Source: Tubiluchus corallicola (lineage: Eukaryota > Animalia > Priapulida). Taken from it: a stretch of 64,000 nucleotides of DNA. The DNA lies in contig JAQGDQ010000146.1 in NCBI GenBank assembly GCA_030141605.1, forward strand, positions 69,933 through 133,932. Direction: 5' to 3'. The position numbers and the translations under genes were made by a program. The notes under the pieces are model-generated. The model saw only the letters and a list, made by a program, of their open reading frames with translations, was not told where the DNA came from and did not search any database. The stretch's first letter is position 1, and every line of letters begins with the position of its first letter. Of the stretch, positions 24,890 to 38,476 are shown piece after piece.

Positions 24890-24972
24890 AAAGGTTTTTT
24901 GTACTGTGCTAGATCGTCAATGAATTTATACAGTTCTGCAAAATTTCTTGCAGTAAAACAGCGTCTCCAGAA

Positions 24973-25063
24973 ATGATGATGGCGACTGAAAGAAGACGAG
25001 CTTTGTTTGGCTTTTTAGTGATTGCTGCAATTACGCGTGTTTGTGATGCAGCAGCAGTGCTAG
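24973..25063 (+). CDS. Coding exon 1 (signal peptide) of secreted EGF-collagen protein
   Basis: MMMATERRRALFGFLVIAAITRVCDAAAVL, then a phase-1 GT donor at 25064. Confidence 0.7.
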
Positions 25064-25080
25064 GTATATTTATGTCTATT

Positions 25081-25320
25081 AATACAATACACTATTTTCT
25101 GTGTTCAGGGAGGAACTAATGCTGAATGTTATTTACACTATCACTCGTTTACACCACCTAGTATCAAAATTTTTCAAAGTTCATTTTAAAGAGCTTTAAG
25201 AATTTTCTGCGATTCTTTTACTCATTACACTCTTACTTCAATACTAGGTGAGTTACACGAGTAACAGTGTAAATAAGTTGGCTTCTTTAACACAGAATAC
25301 CGCATACGTGTTATTTATTG
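25081..25320. mobile_element. Palindromic MITE in intron
   Basis: Nested inverted matches ctgtgtt/aacacag, ttatttacact/agtgtaaataa and cacctagtat/atactaggtg. Confidence 0.65.
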
Positions 25321-25687
25321 TGATTCATGGCAGCTCTTGCCTAAATGATAATTCTTATATGTATCTATATTTGAATTTTCAAACTTTTTAGATTGCATGT
25401 TATGGTGATCTGAAGAGGAGAAGGAGTGTGCTCTCAAAACGTCGTTAGTACAATAAGAAATTGTTTACTACAGTAAATTCTTCGTAAAAAATGCTTTTAG
25501 CAATATTTGGAAACCTGTCACTTTTTGCATGTGCATTTTCAGCATATAAAAAGCACTTATGACGCTAGTTTTTATATGTAGCTTTACTACACTAAATAAT
25601 TTTATTTTATTTGTGTAATATCTGTGTGTCTGTAGTCTTGACATTCATTGCTCATTTGTTTTCATGTTTTATTTTGTATCTATACAG

Positions 25688-25801
25688 ATGACTGTACCAC
25701 GAATCCTTGTAAAAATGGTGCAACATGTTCCGATACAGATGGGATGGAAGATGGCGTATTTACTTGTACCTGTAGATCTGGATATACCGGTACACTTTGT
25801 G
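25688..25801 (+). CDS. Coding exon 2: EGF-like domain
   Basis: Phase 1-1, 114 bp, AG/GT bounded; DDCTTNPCKNGATCSDTDGMEDGVFTCTCRSGYTGTLC with 6 Cys in EGF spacing. Confidence 0.9.
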
Positions 25802-25834
25802 GTAAGACGATAAAATCATGCTTTATTCATTTCT

Positions 25835-26268
25835 ATACAGGATCGTTCAGAAAAATGCGGTCTCCAATCTAATTTGTAAAACTTCAAGCTCATAGAGACA
25901 TCTGTAAAAGAGGCCCGTATCACTGTGTAGCTGGGTTCTCGTCTTTCCAGAAAAGCTATAAATTTCTTTCAAAGAACACCTCCCTTACCACCACGGGCAT
26001 TTTTGAAGGTTTTTCTCGGGCCATTCCTAGAAGAACACCGCGTACAATAAACATCGTAGCGGCGTTTGGTGGGGGTGGGGTGGTGGTGGGGGTGGGGGTG
26101 GTTGTGGTGGTGGGGTGAGATGGTGGTGTCTTTGACGGAAAACGTATAGCTGTTTGGAAAGAAGAGAAATCAGCTACACGATGGCAAGGCTTTCTTTCGC
26201 AAATACTCCTACCAAGATGAAGGGCTACGAATTAGTTTAGGAGAAAACTTTTCTGGGCGAAATTGTGT
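25835..26268. mobile_element. Long-palindrome MITE (Tc1/mariner-like start TA-CAGG)
   Basis: Arms are degenerate reverse complements (gtgtagctg/cagctacac, agctata/tatagct, tcaaag/ctttga) around a G-rich core. Confidence 0.6.
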
Positions 26269-26489
26269 TATTGGCTCTGAACAAAAACGCTTCCTGTTTT
26301 AAATTAATTTGTCGTGCCTTTATTTGATGACAATGACTAGGCCATTTGGGAGTAAATAAGAGAATGGTAATCCTAGCTTGTTAGACGCAAGGAGCAAGAA
26401 ATAATACACGATGCGTTACCCGTAAGACGTCTTCTATCTTCCGTAATGCCTATATCATGATTCGCGGTATGGTGGTTGCCCTCTGTAAA

Positions 26490-26770
26490 CAGCCTCTTGG
26501 AAGAGGTTGCAAATCATTTAAATACAGGAGAGGTATAACTGATTCAGATCTGTGTGTTTGCGCTTTGGGCAGTCAAACCCCAGAACATTTAATTTTTCAT
26601 TGTCCGTTACCATTGCTTAGAAAAGATATAAGAGTGAATCTCGAGCGCAGCTTAGAAGATAATGACATTCGAAACATTTACAGAAAGAGAGACACTACAA
26701 TATATGTAGATATTGTAAAAGAACTAACCCAAAATGATCTTATAGTAAATTGATTATACATTGATTATAA
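26490..26770 (+). mobile_element. LINE ORF2 C-terminal CCHC knuckle fragment
   Basis: DSDLCVC..GSQTPEHLIFHCP motif. Confidence 0.65.
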
Positions 26771-27160
26771 ATATTGGATATATATTTAGAATAAGTAAAT
26801 CGTAATGCAAAATTGTCAGCTTTCCTTTGTCCACAATTTCTGTTTTATCTCAGTTAAATGGATCTTGTTCGTGAAGAAACCGTGTACAGTATGATTAAGA
26901 TATTCTTTTAAATAAAATTATTCCTGCTTAGACAGTAATCGTCAGTGGTGTTACTCGTCCGAATTCTTAGTTGTCAGTTTTCTTTAAATTAAAAGTCACT
27001 TTTATTGTGTTTTGCTTTGAGTTTGAATCACTTGCTTCACAGCGTTCTACTTGCTAACCAATCTGTCTGTTAATTCACAATCCCATCTGATTACATATGC
27101 GCTAAATCTCAAGACCTCAATCGTTGAAATTACTTGACTTGTTGCATTGCATTTTTACAG

Positions 27161-27214
27161 GATGTCCAATCTGCAGAACCGTCGAAGGACCACCTGGACC
27201 GCCAGGACCACCAG
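27161..27214 (+). CDS. Coding exon 3: CxxC plus start of collagen helix
   Basis: Acceptor tttttacag; 54 bp, phase 1-1; GCPICRTVEGPPGPPGPP(G). Confidence 0.8.
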
Positions 27215-27252
27215 GTGTGTAATTTTTATTGCTGTTGCTGCTTGCATTGTTG

Positions 27253-27932
27253 ACTTGTTGTTACTTTTGTTACATGCCAGTATATGTCGACTTATGTACT
27301 AAGAAAGATTTGTAAAATCTCAGTGAACTCACCATAATTCAAACTGTCCAGAAGAAGGACTTGTTGTTATCCTTGTTACAGTCCAGTACATGTCGACCTA
27401 TGTACTAAGAAAGATTTGTAAAATCTCAGTGAACTCACCTTAATTCAAACTGTTCAGAAGAAGAACTTGTTGTTATCCTTGTTACAGTCCAGTACATGTC
27501 GACCTATGTACTAAGAAAGATTTGTAAAATCTCAGTGAACTCACCATAATTCAAACTGTTCAGAAGAAGGACTTGTTGTTACCCTTGTTACAGTCCAGTA
27601 TATGTCGACCTATGTACTAAGAAAGATTTGTAAAATCTCAGTGAACTCACCATAATTCAAACTGTTCAGAAGACGGACTTGTTGTTACCCTTGTTACAGG
27701 CCAGTGTATGTCGACTTATGTACTGAGAAAGATTTGTAAAATCTCAGTGAACTCACCATAATTCAAACTGTTCAGAAGACGGACTTGTTGTTACCCTTGT
27801 TACAGTCCAGTACATGTCGACTTATGTACTAAGAAAGATTTGTAAAATCTCAGTGAACTTACCATAATTCAAACTGTTCAGAAGAAGGACTTGTTGTTAT
27901 CCTTGTTACAGTCCAGTACATGTCGACCTATG
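27253..27932. repeat. 106-bp intronic minisatellite (~6.4 copies)
   Basis: Equivalent positions at 27301, 27407 and 27513; each unit has the quasi-palindrome agtacat-gtcgac-ct-atgtact. The array ends abruptly at the BEL LTR. Confidence 0.92.
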
Positions 27933-28447
27933 TGTACAGGACAGTGCTGCCCTCTGAGGCCAGCAGGCAGTTACCTCAACTTACCTGTCAGGTGATTTCA
28001 TGGTTGACGACTTTAGTACCTGGCTTTGTGAAATGCTGCTCACACTTGGTCTTGATATGTTAGGACTGAACACATGTGAATTATAGATTTGTGGCTTGAT
28101 AACTGTATTGATTCCTGCTGTCTGCAGTCTGTCACTGTTTTTCTAAAGGTGCTCTAATGTTTGGGCAAGGATGTAAGTTGCTTTTATTTAATTTGATATT
28201 TTTTGCTGATTTGACTAATTACTGAAAGTAACTGTATTAGTGAAATGTTACTTTAAGAGATTTGCTTGTGTTTGTACTAATTTGAAGTTATTAAATCATA
28301 AAATATGCAGCAATGAAATTATTTACATATATGTATTCTTAACAGAATAAACAACTAATGAACACACTTATGTCTGGACTTGATGTTTGGAATGGAGTGT
28401 TTGAGCATTCTTGGTCACTCTTGAAGAAATGGGTCATGCATGCTACA
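27933..28447 (+). repeat. BEL 5' LTR
   Basis: Direct repeat of 34984-35498. Confidence 0.95.
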
Positions 28448-29095
28448 TTCATCGTTTATTATCCGGTACCAGCAGTTAGAAGCTCCTGGATCAAGTAGCC
28501 CTGTTTGCTGTCAATGGACTCTTGTCAACCTGCATGAGCTGGTGGAAGATCAAGCAAAGGCTACATGAGCAGCTATGTATATATTGTTATTGTAAGGTTA
28601 CATTGTATTGTAATTTGTTAGTTGTGGTTACAATGACTAATGCATTTATAGTGGTGTTATTTATGAAACTTGTAAAGGTCATAACCTGTATCTGTTTCTA
28701 ATTTGGGCTACAGTATTAGCTTATTCTCTGTGATTTGGATTCATACAGTATTTGGGTAAATTTATTTTTAAGCTAACTGTGTAAAAGTCCTTGAGTTAAC
28801 TTGCACTGGAAGGAAGTTTGTACTGCTTTCTTACAAACTGGTTTTGAGCCAAAGTAAAGTAGTAAAATTAATGCTTGAATGCATGTAGCTACAGACCTTA
28901 CACTGCTGTTGTTGGAATATTGGATTTATTTATTGCTGGACTAGCCATAACTGTACATCTACATAATTTTGCCTAGGCTCTGTGTGCAAAAAAGTTTACT
29001 GTAATTTGTTTACTGTACATTATTTTTATACCTCCCTAACACATGCCCGCTTTATACCGTATTTAGCATTCAGTTTTGAAGATCATTAATTTATC

Positions 29096-32000
29096 ATGGC
29101 TGAAGAAAAGCAGCTCAGTGAATTAAGAATAGCCAGGGGCCATTTAAAGGGTGCAATTACCAAAAAGATTGCAAAAGTAAAAGATTTAATTAAAGTCAAT
29201 GCTGGTAAAGAGGGTGTTAAAATTCAGTATGTTGAATTAATGTCTCTTAATGAGCAGTTTATTGAAGTACACAAACGCTACCATGAACTTTTACCTGAGC
29301 AGTTAAAGGAATTGTCTCAAGAATATTGCGAAGAAGTCGCTGAAAGGGTAGCAGATATTGCACAATTAATAAACAATTATCTTTCTATTCGTCAAAAGGA
29401 AGTTGAACATGCAACTGAGGTTGATGATGTCACAAAATCTAATAAAGCATCTACGCATAGTAAGCTTTCATCTCTACATAGTAAAACATATGGCAAACGA
29501 CAGTCTGTTGGGACGAAGGCTAGCTCAATAAGCAGCGCTAGAGCTAAAGCTTTTGCTAGGAAAGCAGCCTTGATCGCTGAAGCTAAGATAGCAGAAGAAC
29601 GAAAACTGCTTGAAGAAGAGGAACTTCAGATGAAGCAGAGAAAGAGAGATTTGGAGTTGAAGACACAAATTGCTAAGGCTGATGCAGAAGAAAGAGCTTT
29701 AGAAGAATTTGATAACTCTAGAGCCAGTTTGAATTCTAGAAGTGAGAACATTGAAGATGAGCAGCCTGTGGACTTTGTGAGGGAAAGAGTTGAGCAGTGG
29801 GTTCAACAGCAGCAACATGTTACTAGCCAACACAAAGAACACAATCTTGATGCCAATGCTCCTGAATGGATGTGTGAGAAAGATGGCCAAGCATCAGTTG
29901 CTGCTAAGCATCATGATTTGGAAATGCAGGCTCACATGATGGATGTCATGCAGCTACCTAAAGCTGAGTTGGTTATGTTTGACGGTAATCCATTGGAATA
30001 CTGGATATATATGAGAACATTTGATCAGGTAGTCGGAGATGTGCGTGTTAGTTCTGCAGCCAAATTGAACAGACTGTTTCAGTCATGCCAAGGAGAAGCT
30101 TTAGATGTAATTCGATGTTGTGCGGTTTTAGATCCAGAAGATGGATATGCTGAAGCTAGGAAGTTGTTAAAGGAGAGGTTCGGCAATGATTATAAAATAT
30201 CTGAAGCTTGGGTAAGGACATTGACAGAAGGTCCATTAATTAAGCCTGGTGATTCACGACTTCTACAGAAGTTAGCTGATGAAGTGCGCAGTTGCAATAT
30301 CACATTGTTAGCAATGGGAAGACTTGATGAAGTAGATACTAAAAGAAGCATGGTGCAAATTGTCAAAAGGCTGCCAATATATCTTCAGGGCAGGTGGAGG
30401 ACAAAGGCATCAAAACATTTGCAGAAAACTAATAGATATCCCGGTATTCATGAGCTGGCCGATTTTTTGAATCAAGCAGCAAGAGAGGCAAGTGATCCTG
30501 TCTTTGGCTATTGTGAGTTTGGTAGGGATTCCAAGGTTAAAGATTCCAGTAGAGGAAGAGGATCGAGAAGTTTTAACATTAGTGCCAAGCAAATAGCTGA
30601 ACCAGCAACAAAGTCTTGCCCACAGTGTTCATCAACTCATACTCTCAATATGTGTAAATCATATCAGAGTCTTCAACCAGCTGACAGATTGAAAATTGCA
30701 AGAAAGAATAAAGTTTGCTTTAATTGCCTACACCCAGGACATTTTAGTCACAAATGTGCTCAGCCACGGTGTAGTGTACAGGGATGTCAACAAATGCATT
30801 CGAGATTACTCCATAAGGCTTTTAATGAAAGAGCAAAGAAAGTTACTGCATGTACATCAACCCAAGAACAAGCATCAGAGGATACAGGTAATCCTAACAG
30901 TTCTGCTTTTATTAATGGGCAAGTTGGAACTGAAGATACTGCAAGAGCTAACAGTTATGCTTGTGATATTAGACGTCAGCACATTGACAAGAAGTTCAGT
31001 AGAGCATGCTTACCAGTTGTGACAGTTTTAGCAAAGAAAAACCAAGATCATGTTGGTATAAAAGTCCATGCATTGTTGGATCCGGGAAGTACCAGATCAT
31101 TTTGTTCTCGTGAACTGATGACAACGCTTGGTTTAAGTGCAAAGGCTAAAAAGTCAATATTCTTAACAACTGTTAATGAAGGCAGTTATGTTGATGCATA
31201 TGAGGTATCGCTGTATGTCATGCCACTCTCTGGGAAAGAGACAAAAAGAAAGGGGTTGTTTCTTGACAAATTATGTGCCATTGAGACATTTCCGTCACTT
31301 CGCGACAGTGTTGCTGTATCAAGCGAGGCTGCAAGTTGGGAACACTTGAAGAACATTCGTCTGACTCAGGTCAAACCTGGAGAAGATGTAAATCTGCTTA
31401 TTGGCCAAGACCATGCTGATGCTTTAAAGCCATTGGAAGTGAGGTATGGCAGAGAAGGTGACCCTTACGCTATTCGCACTCCTTTAGGTTGGACTGTAAA
31501 TGGTTTGGCAGGCCAGGCTTCACATGATTCAGAAAGATACGCGAGTTTCTCTAATCTGGTAAACACAGATAGTGAACTGAATACTCAAGTTCAGCGTTTT
31601 TGGCAAATAGACAGTCTTGGTATTGATGATGTCCCTCAGATGTCTGTTGAGGATAAAATGACTCTAGATATTTGGAGTAAGTCTGCAAAACTTGTTGACA
31701 CTCATTATGAATTTGAAATTCCATTCAAAGATTACCCCCCTGAGTTTCCAAATAACATCACAATGGCAGAAAAGAGGTTGCAATATTTGAGGAGAAAGCT
31801 CTTGAATGACCCTGAGGAACACGAAAAGTACACACTTGGTATGGCTGATTTGTTGCTTAAAGGCTATGCAGAATGTGTTCCAGCAGGTCATAAAGAAGAA
31901 AGTTTGGGATGCACATGGTATCTTCCTCACCATGGTGTTGTCCATCCAAAGAAGCCCGATAAACACCGCATTGTTTTTAACTGTGCAGCAGAATTTGAAG

Positions 32001-34942
32001 GGGTATCATTGAATATGCGAATTTTTCAAGGCCCTGACTTGACCAATAAACTACTGGGAGTTTTACTTCGTTTCAGAGAGTCACCGATTGCTGTTATGTC
32101 AGATATTGAGGCAATGTTTAACCAGGTTTTGGTTTCTGAACATCATCGTGACGTTCTCAGATTTCTCTGGTATCCTGATGGTAAACTGGATGAGAAGCCT
32201 GCCATTTACAGGATGACTCGTCACTTGTTTGGTGGTACTTGGAGTCCATCATGTGCAACATATGCCTTACAGCGAACAGCTTCGGACAATGCTGAAGACT
32301 TTGACAAAATAATAGTAAAAGCTGTTATGAAGAACTTTTATGTCGACGACTGCTTAAAGTCTCTTAGAAGCTCACAAGAAGCTATTTGGTTTATTAAGCA
32401 GCTAACTTCACTGTTGGCTCGCGGAGGTTACAGGATTACAAAATGGATTAGTAATGACAGAGCTGTACTGGATAGTGTTCCCACAGAAGAAAGATCACAA
32501 TCTGTTCGTAATTTGGAACTTTCAAGTGGTCTGTTGCCGCCAGAAAGAGCGTTGGGTTTATTCTGGAATACTGAACTTGATCAGTTGTGTGTCCAGGTAA
32601 ATGTCTCTCAGAAGCCTTGTACGAGGCGTGGTTTGCTTAGCACGCTTAATTCCATCTATGATCCTTTAGGGCTTCTTTGTCCCGTTGTTGTTCTTGCTAA
32701 GCAGTTGTTTCAGACTGAGTGCAGATCTGACAAATCTTGGGATGACCCTCTTGAACCAAATACAGAGCAAAAGTGGCAAAAGTGGTTGAGTGACTCAACT
32801 AAGTTGGATCAATTTGGGATTGATAGGCATCATGTTCCTCGTGATTTTGGCGTGGTTGTAGCTTGTGAACTACACACATTTGCAGATGCTTCCGAGAGAG
32901 CATATGGTAGTGTTGCTTACTTACGTTTTGTGAACAACATTGGTAGAATTCATTGTAGCTTTATTCTAGCTAAGTCTCGTTTGGCACCTCTCAAGAAACT
33001 GGTGACTATTCCTAGGCTTGAGTTGTGTGCTGCACTGATGGCGGTAAAAATGGCACAGTCGATTAGAAGAGAGTTAGACATTTGTATTCAAGAAAGCTTT
33101 TTTTGGACAGACAGCTTGATAGTGCTCAAGTATATATGTAATACTGATAAAAGATTTAAAACATTTGTTGCCAACAGGTTGTCCCAGATTCATGAAGCAT
33201 CAATGCCAAGTCAGCAGTGAGAAGAATGTTGCGGATGACATCTCTCGGGGATTGACAGCAGATCAGATTCGCAGTATTGGGAGATGGTTGTCTGGTCCAG
33301 ATTACCTGTGGAAGCCTAGAAGTGATTGGCCACAGTCTCCTAAAACTGATGTCGAGCTATCAGATGATCTTGAAATAAAAGCTAACAGAAGAGAGAAAAT
33401 CAATGCTACGGTTTTAGTTTCAGAACCGATTGGTACTGATGCTGTTGAGAAATTGATTTTGAGATATTCTTCATGGTATAGCTTGGTCAAGAGTGTTGCT
33501 TGGATATTGCGATTGAAGGAAATTTTGCTCAGCAGAGTGAGGGCATCTGATCTGGCAGTACCATCTGGAGGTTTAACTGTGAGTGAAATGAGGCAAGCTG
33601 AGGTTAGTATTGTGAAGTATGTTCAGTTGAAGCACTTTTCCAACGATATGGCTGGTCTTGACTCTGATGCGGAGAAAAGGAGTTCAAAGCTTTCGAGATG
33701 GAGTGTGTTGCGTAAACTGGATCCAATTGTTTTGAATGGGGTGATTTGTGTAGGCGGTCGTCTCAAACATTCACAATTGTCTGATGATGCTAAGCATCCA
33801 ATGATACTGCCTAAGAAGGATCATGTTGTGTCGCTTATCATTCAGCATTACCATGAAAGATCGTGGCACTCCGGTAGAGAGTATGTACTTTCTAAAATTC
33901 GTGAGCGATTTTGGATTGTGAATGCCAGACCTGCAATACGAGGAGTGTTGTCTAGATGCATGAAGTGCAGAATTCGTGATGCTGCTCCTTTAACTCAAAA
34001 GATGGCTGACTTGCCTACGGATAGGGTTACTCCTGGTACAGCTCCATTCATGAAAGTCGGAGTTGATTGCTTTGGGCCTTTCATGGCTAAGAGAGGTCGA
34101 GCACTGGTGAAGAGGTATGGATGTGTCTTTACTTGTTTGTTGACTAGAGCCATCCACATCGAAGTTCTTCACTCATTAGACACTGATAGTTTTATAAATG
34201 CTTATTCAGGTTAATAAGTAGGCGTGGCATACCTGAAATGATCAGGTCTGATAACGGGACCAATTTTGCTGGTTCAAACAATCAACTGAGGACAGCTATC
34301 AAAGTGTGGAATCAAAGCAGAATTGAAGATATGCTGCGCCAGAAAAATGTACAATGGCTATTTAATACACCTGCATCATCACATCATGGCGGGGTGTGGG
34401 AAAGAATGATAGGTTTGATCAGGAGAGTATTATCTTCAGTGGCCATGGAACAAACCTTGGATGATGAGGGTCTGGCCACACTGATGTGCAACGTTGAAGC
34501 TGTTATCAACGGGCGTCCTATCACTGTGGTATCAGATGATCCAAAGGACATGGAACCTCTTACGCCAAACCATTTATTGTTGATGAGATCTGGAGCTACA
34601 CTTCCACCTGGACTATTTGATGAGCATGATCTGTATAGGAGGCGATGGAGACAAGTCCAGTTTCTCTCTGATCTGTTTTGGAAGCGATGGCTGCGGGAAT
34701 ATTTGCCGCTGCTTCAGAAGCGTCAAAAATGGAATAAGGCATCAGATAACTTGCAAGTTGGTGACTTGGTATTGGTAGTTGATAGCAATCTGCCACGGAA
34801 CGAGTGGTGTTTAGGAAGGGTTTGTGAGGTTTTTCCTGGGCCTGATAGTTTAGTTCGGTCAGTACGGGTTAAAACATCAAATGCTGTTCTTAAGAGACCA
34901 ATTCAAAAGCTATGTTTACTGGAGAAGTTGGATAAGTTTTAA
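29096..34942 (+). pseudogene. BEL/Pao gag-pol polyprotein with two frameshifts
   Basis: Gag FDGNPLEY region, CCHC knuckles, protease LLDPGS, RT YVDD, RNase H (FADAS, TIPRLEL, WTDS), integrase (GVDCFGP, SDNGTNF, GVWER). Frameshifts near 33210 (WRHV-type codons missing) and near 34205. Confidence 0.95.
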
Positions 34943-34983
34943 GATAAAATACTTTATGGGGAGTATTTTATGGGGGGTGGTAA

Positions 34984-35498
34984 TGTACAGGACAGTGCTG
35001 CCCTCTGAGGCCAGCAGGCAGTTACCTCAACTTACCTGTCAGGTGATTTCATGGTTGGCGACTTTAGTACCTGGCTTTGTGAAATGCTGCTCACACTTGG
35101 TCTTGATATGTTAGGACTGAACACATGTGAATTATAGATTTGTGGCTTGATAACTGTATTGATTCCTGCTGTCTGCAGTCTGTCACTGTTTTTCTAAAGG
35201 TGCTCTAATGTTTGGGCAAGGATGTAAGTTGCTTTTATTTAATTTGATATTTTTTGCTGATTTGACTAATTACTGAAATTAACTGTATTAGTGAAATGTT
35301 ACTTTAAGAGATTTGCTTGTGTTTGTACTAATTGGAAGTTATTAAATCATAAAATATGCAGCAATGAAATTATTTACATATATGTATTCTTAACAGAATA
35401 AACAACTAATGAACACACTTATGTCTGGACTTGATGTTTGGAATGGAGTGTTTGAGCATTCTTGGTCACTCTTGAAGAAATGGGTCATGCATGCTACA
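34984..35498 (+). repeat. BEL 3' LTR
   Basis: Direct repeat of 27933-28447. Confidence 0.95.
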
Positions 35499-36042
35499 TA
35501 GCATTACAATTAATCGTCTCTTTTTTGGCAATTATGAAACACAAATAAGTACAGTGGTCTTTTAGTACGTACAGTAAGTACAAGGGTAATTTAGGAACCT
35601 CGGACATTCAGCGCTTCTCGCCCTTTATGTATCAAATTTTTCTTCAAATTTCCGCCCTTTCTTTACAGTAATCATAATTGGTGCTAATATTGGCAGGCTT
35701 GATAGGAATGCATGATTATGTTGATAATAATGCATTTTTAACAATTTTTACTTGTTAAACTATGCTAATATGTCTCAGGACCAGTTCCAAAATGCTTATA
35801 AAGTTATTTACTTGTTTTCTAGTATAAAACCATTCGTTCTCGGGAGCTAGACGAACTATTAAATCGTCGCAAGGAAGCAGTTGAACGCCATAATTCTCAA
35901 GTTAATGACATCTGCAGCACATCAGAGCAGGTTCTCCACCTCTGAGTTGTGCAATGAGTGATTCTTTTTATGGCTATGCTCACACATTATTTTGTACCAG
36001 TGACAGCTCACGTGACCCTATCGTTGAAGCTCGCTAATAGAG

Positions 36043-36656
36043 CAGTGGCGTAGGACGTGCTTGTGGCGCCCGGAGCCAGAAAACTTTTAATGTTTTAATG
36101 TTTTGATTTGAGGGTGAAGCCACAAATTATGTGCAATTTTTGTGTCCCTGAGCCCGACTTTCTTTTTTTGACATGATGGGATAAAGATAAACGAGTTTTT
36201 TAAGAATCACCCCGAGTTTGATTTGCGGTACTGCAGCAGAGTAACTCTTTTCTATGCATTAGTTGCTCTTAACACGACAGTCCTTAAACATTCAACTCCA
36301 GCATTAAAACGTACAAAGGTTATGAAAGATACCAAACACTACAGGTTTTCACAATAATACAATCGTCGTTTATAGGAACGCCATTATTTCTCTCAAAATC
36401 ATCGATCTGCTTTTCCACACGACACCCTACACACGCTGTTAAGTGACAACATTAGCCTTTTTTCTACGCTGTACGTAGTAATTAAATCAGCTATGATGAT
36501 CTCTGACTAGGCAATTTTGTTGTAGTTTGAAAACTTTTGTTAATTGTTTTGTTAATGTCGGATTAGTAATTAATAATTAACAGTCATAGACCTCTAGGCG
36601 AATTTTGCACCTTCTCACCCGAGCGATTGCCCCCTGTCGCTCCCACATTGCCTCTG
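36043..36656. mobile_element. Decayed hAT-like MITE
   Basis: Starts CAGTGGCGTAG...GGCGCCCGG and ends ...GCCCCCTG...GCCTCTG; termini degenerate. Confidence 0.4.
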
Positions 36657-37199
36657 TAATAGAGAAGAATACATTTTATTGATATAGATTATAGACTAAT
36701 GTTACCGTTAAATGTTTAGTTGATTAAATGTCTTTAAATCAGCTATGTATAGGGTTTTTGAATTTTAGACACGAATAGCCAGTAACAAATTAGGTGCTCT
36801 GTAGCAAAACCCGGCAGTGCGGGCGGTTCAACTCTCTTTCTAGTTGCAGTTATAAACAGAAAACTGCGCATTTTTCTAATATTTGAAGAAAGACAGCGTA
36901 AGATCAGTCTTCAACGTCTAAAACTTATACTGATGATATTCAGTTAAACAATACAGTGAGCAACAAGCTTCATGGTAATTCTAAACACAGACATGCATTG
37001 TGTTGTTTCAGATTGTTTCAAATTAGTAAAGACCATTCTACGTAAATGCGTTTCTGTGTAGTCGATACGTTGTTGAGTAGCTGTGTTGTTTTGGCGAGGC
37101 CCCATGGCCCTTACAGGCTTCTGAGGCTTAATCATTGTTATTATATGTTTACTGTCCAAAGGTAGCTTCAAACAATGTAAATGTAGTAGTAGTGGCAGT

Positions 37200-37649
37200 G
37201 GTAGCGGTACTCGCTTATAAGGCACCACCAGCACCGGTCTCGATTTTTCGTAATGTTTTTCCTATGTAAATATCTTCGTATATAAGGTACTCAGATATTA
37301 GGGACTTTCGGTTATAAGGGACGATATCTTCAGGTCCCGCGTAATAGAAACACAGGTAAACCCAGGACCCTATGATCAAAGCGAAATTGATCGATTTTTA
37401 ACCTCAATTTTTTGCAAATTTGGCCTCCGAACAGCTCGGTTTCCGCAGTCACATGCATCTCGTATCACTGAAGGAGCTTCCTACATACCATTTGCACTGA
37501 ATGTGTAGCAATAATCCATAAAAATATGGGTAAAAGTACAGATTTGGGTACACACTCGGTCTGACTCAACTTCGGCTATAAGGGACATTGGATATAAGGG
37601 AAGGTTTTTTCAGGTCCCGAGGTGTCCCTTATATCTGAGGCTGACTGTA
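37200..37649. mobile_element. Tigger/pogo-like MITE
   Basis: Repeated TATAAGGGAC subterminal motifs; ends cccttatatctgaggctgactg followed by TA. Confidence 0.7.
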
Positions 37650-38476
37650 CATTAGATTGTCACCAACACTTAGGTGGCTCCACTGGCAGGTTTTCTCACT
37701 ATAATATGTAATCCAGCATCCTTGTTATAGGCATGTTCCAATTAGCATGATGATTAAATTTCAATGGATGATGTTGACAGTGTCCATCTAATTTTGATTT
37801 AAATGAATTTACAGATATTGCTGGTCATTATGTGTTTGAGCATTTGATAAGATTTATTTAAAGTGAGTACACAGGTTTATTTATCTTGATTTTATGAAAG
37901 CTTTAAATATCTACTGTGTGCCAGTCATTTTTCATTACCTCAAATGGTACCTCCACTTGGCATAAGTTCGCAAGTGTAATATATAAATAACGAACAAATC
38001 AGATTTTAGTTAGGTAATCGGATTTTGGATTTTGTTTAATATGTTTTTTATTGTGCATCAGTAAACAGAGTTGTATATAATTATAGACACGTATAACTTC
38101 CATTTTTATATTAGGAAACATTATGTAAGTGTACCCTTATTATGTTATGTATTTCGATTTGCATAATTATAAAATATACTTGTCTTTAAAGTCATACTTG
38201 CCTGTAAAACTATGTGTATTCTTGAACATTTAGCAATGCCTTAGCATGATTTTTTTGTACATTTTGTGCTTTAAATCAACTTCAACAAGTCAATATCAAT
38301 GGATAGGTAATCTTAATTTACAGCAGTAGGTTTTTAAATTTTTTCAGTGGGATATGTAGTGCTGGCCGTGCTACAGTCAAGGGACGCTGGCAGTAAACTA
38401 CAGGGGAGCATTTATGAAAAGGGCAGATTTTGTTTACCCACATTTCTGTGATCACGCTAATGATTGTATGACTTAT

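Larger units (their letters stand above)
27933..35498 (+). mobile_element. BEL/Pao LTR retrotransposon, full length, recently inactivated
   Basis: 515-bp LTRs (TGTA...TACA) at 27933-28447 and 34984-35498, 3 substitutions seen by eye; G-rich PPT before the 3' LTR; gag-pol between. Confidence 0.97.

Noticed and set aside
27253-27932. CRISPR-like or recombination-site array
   Set aside because: Plain head-to-tail 106-bp minisatellite without spacers.
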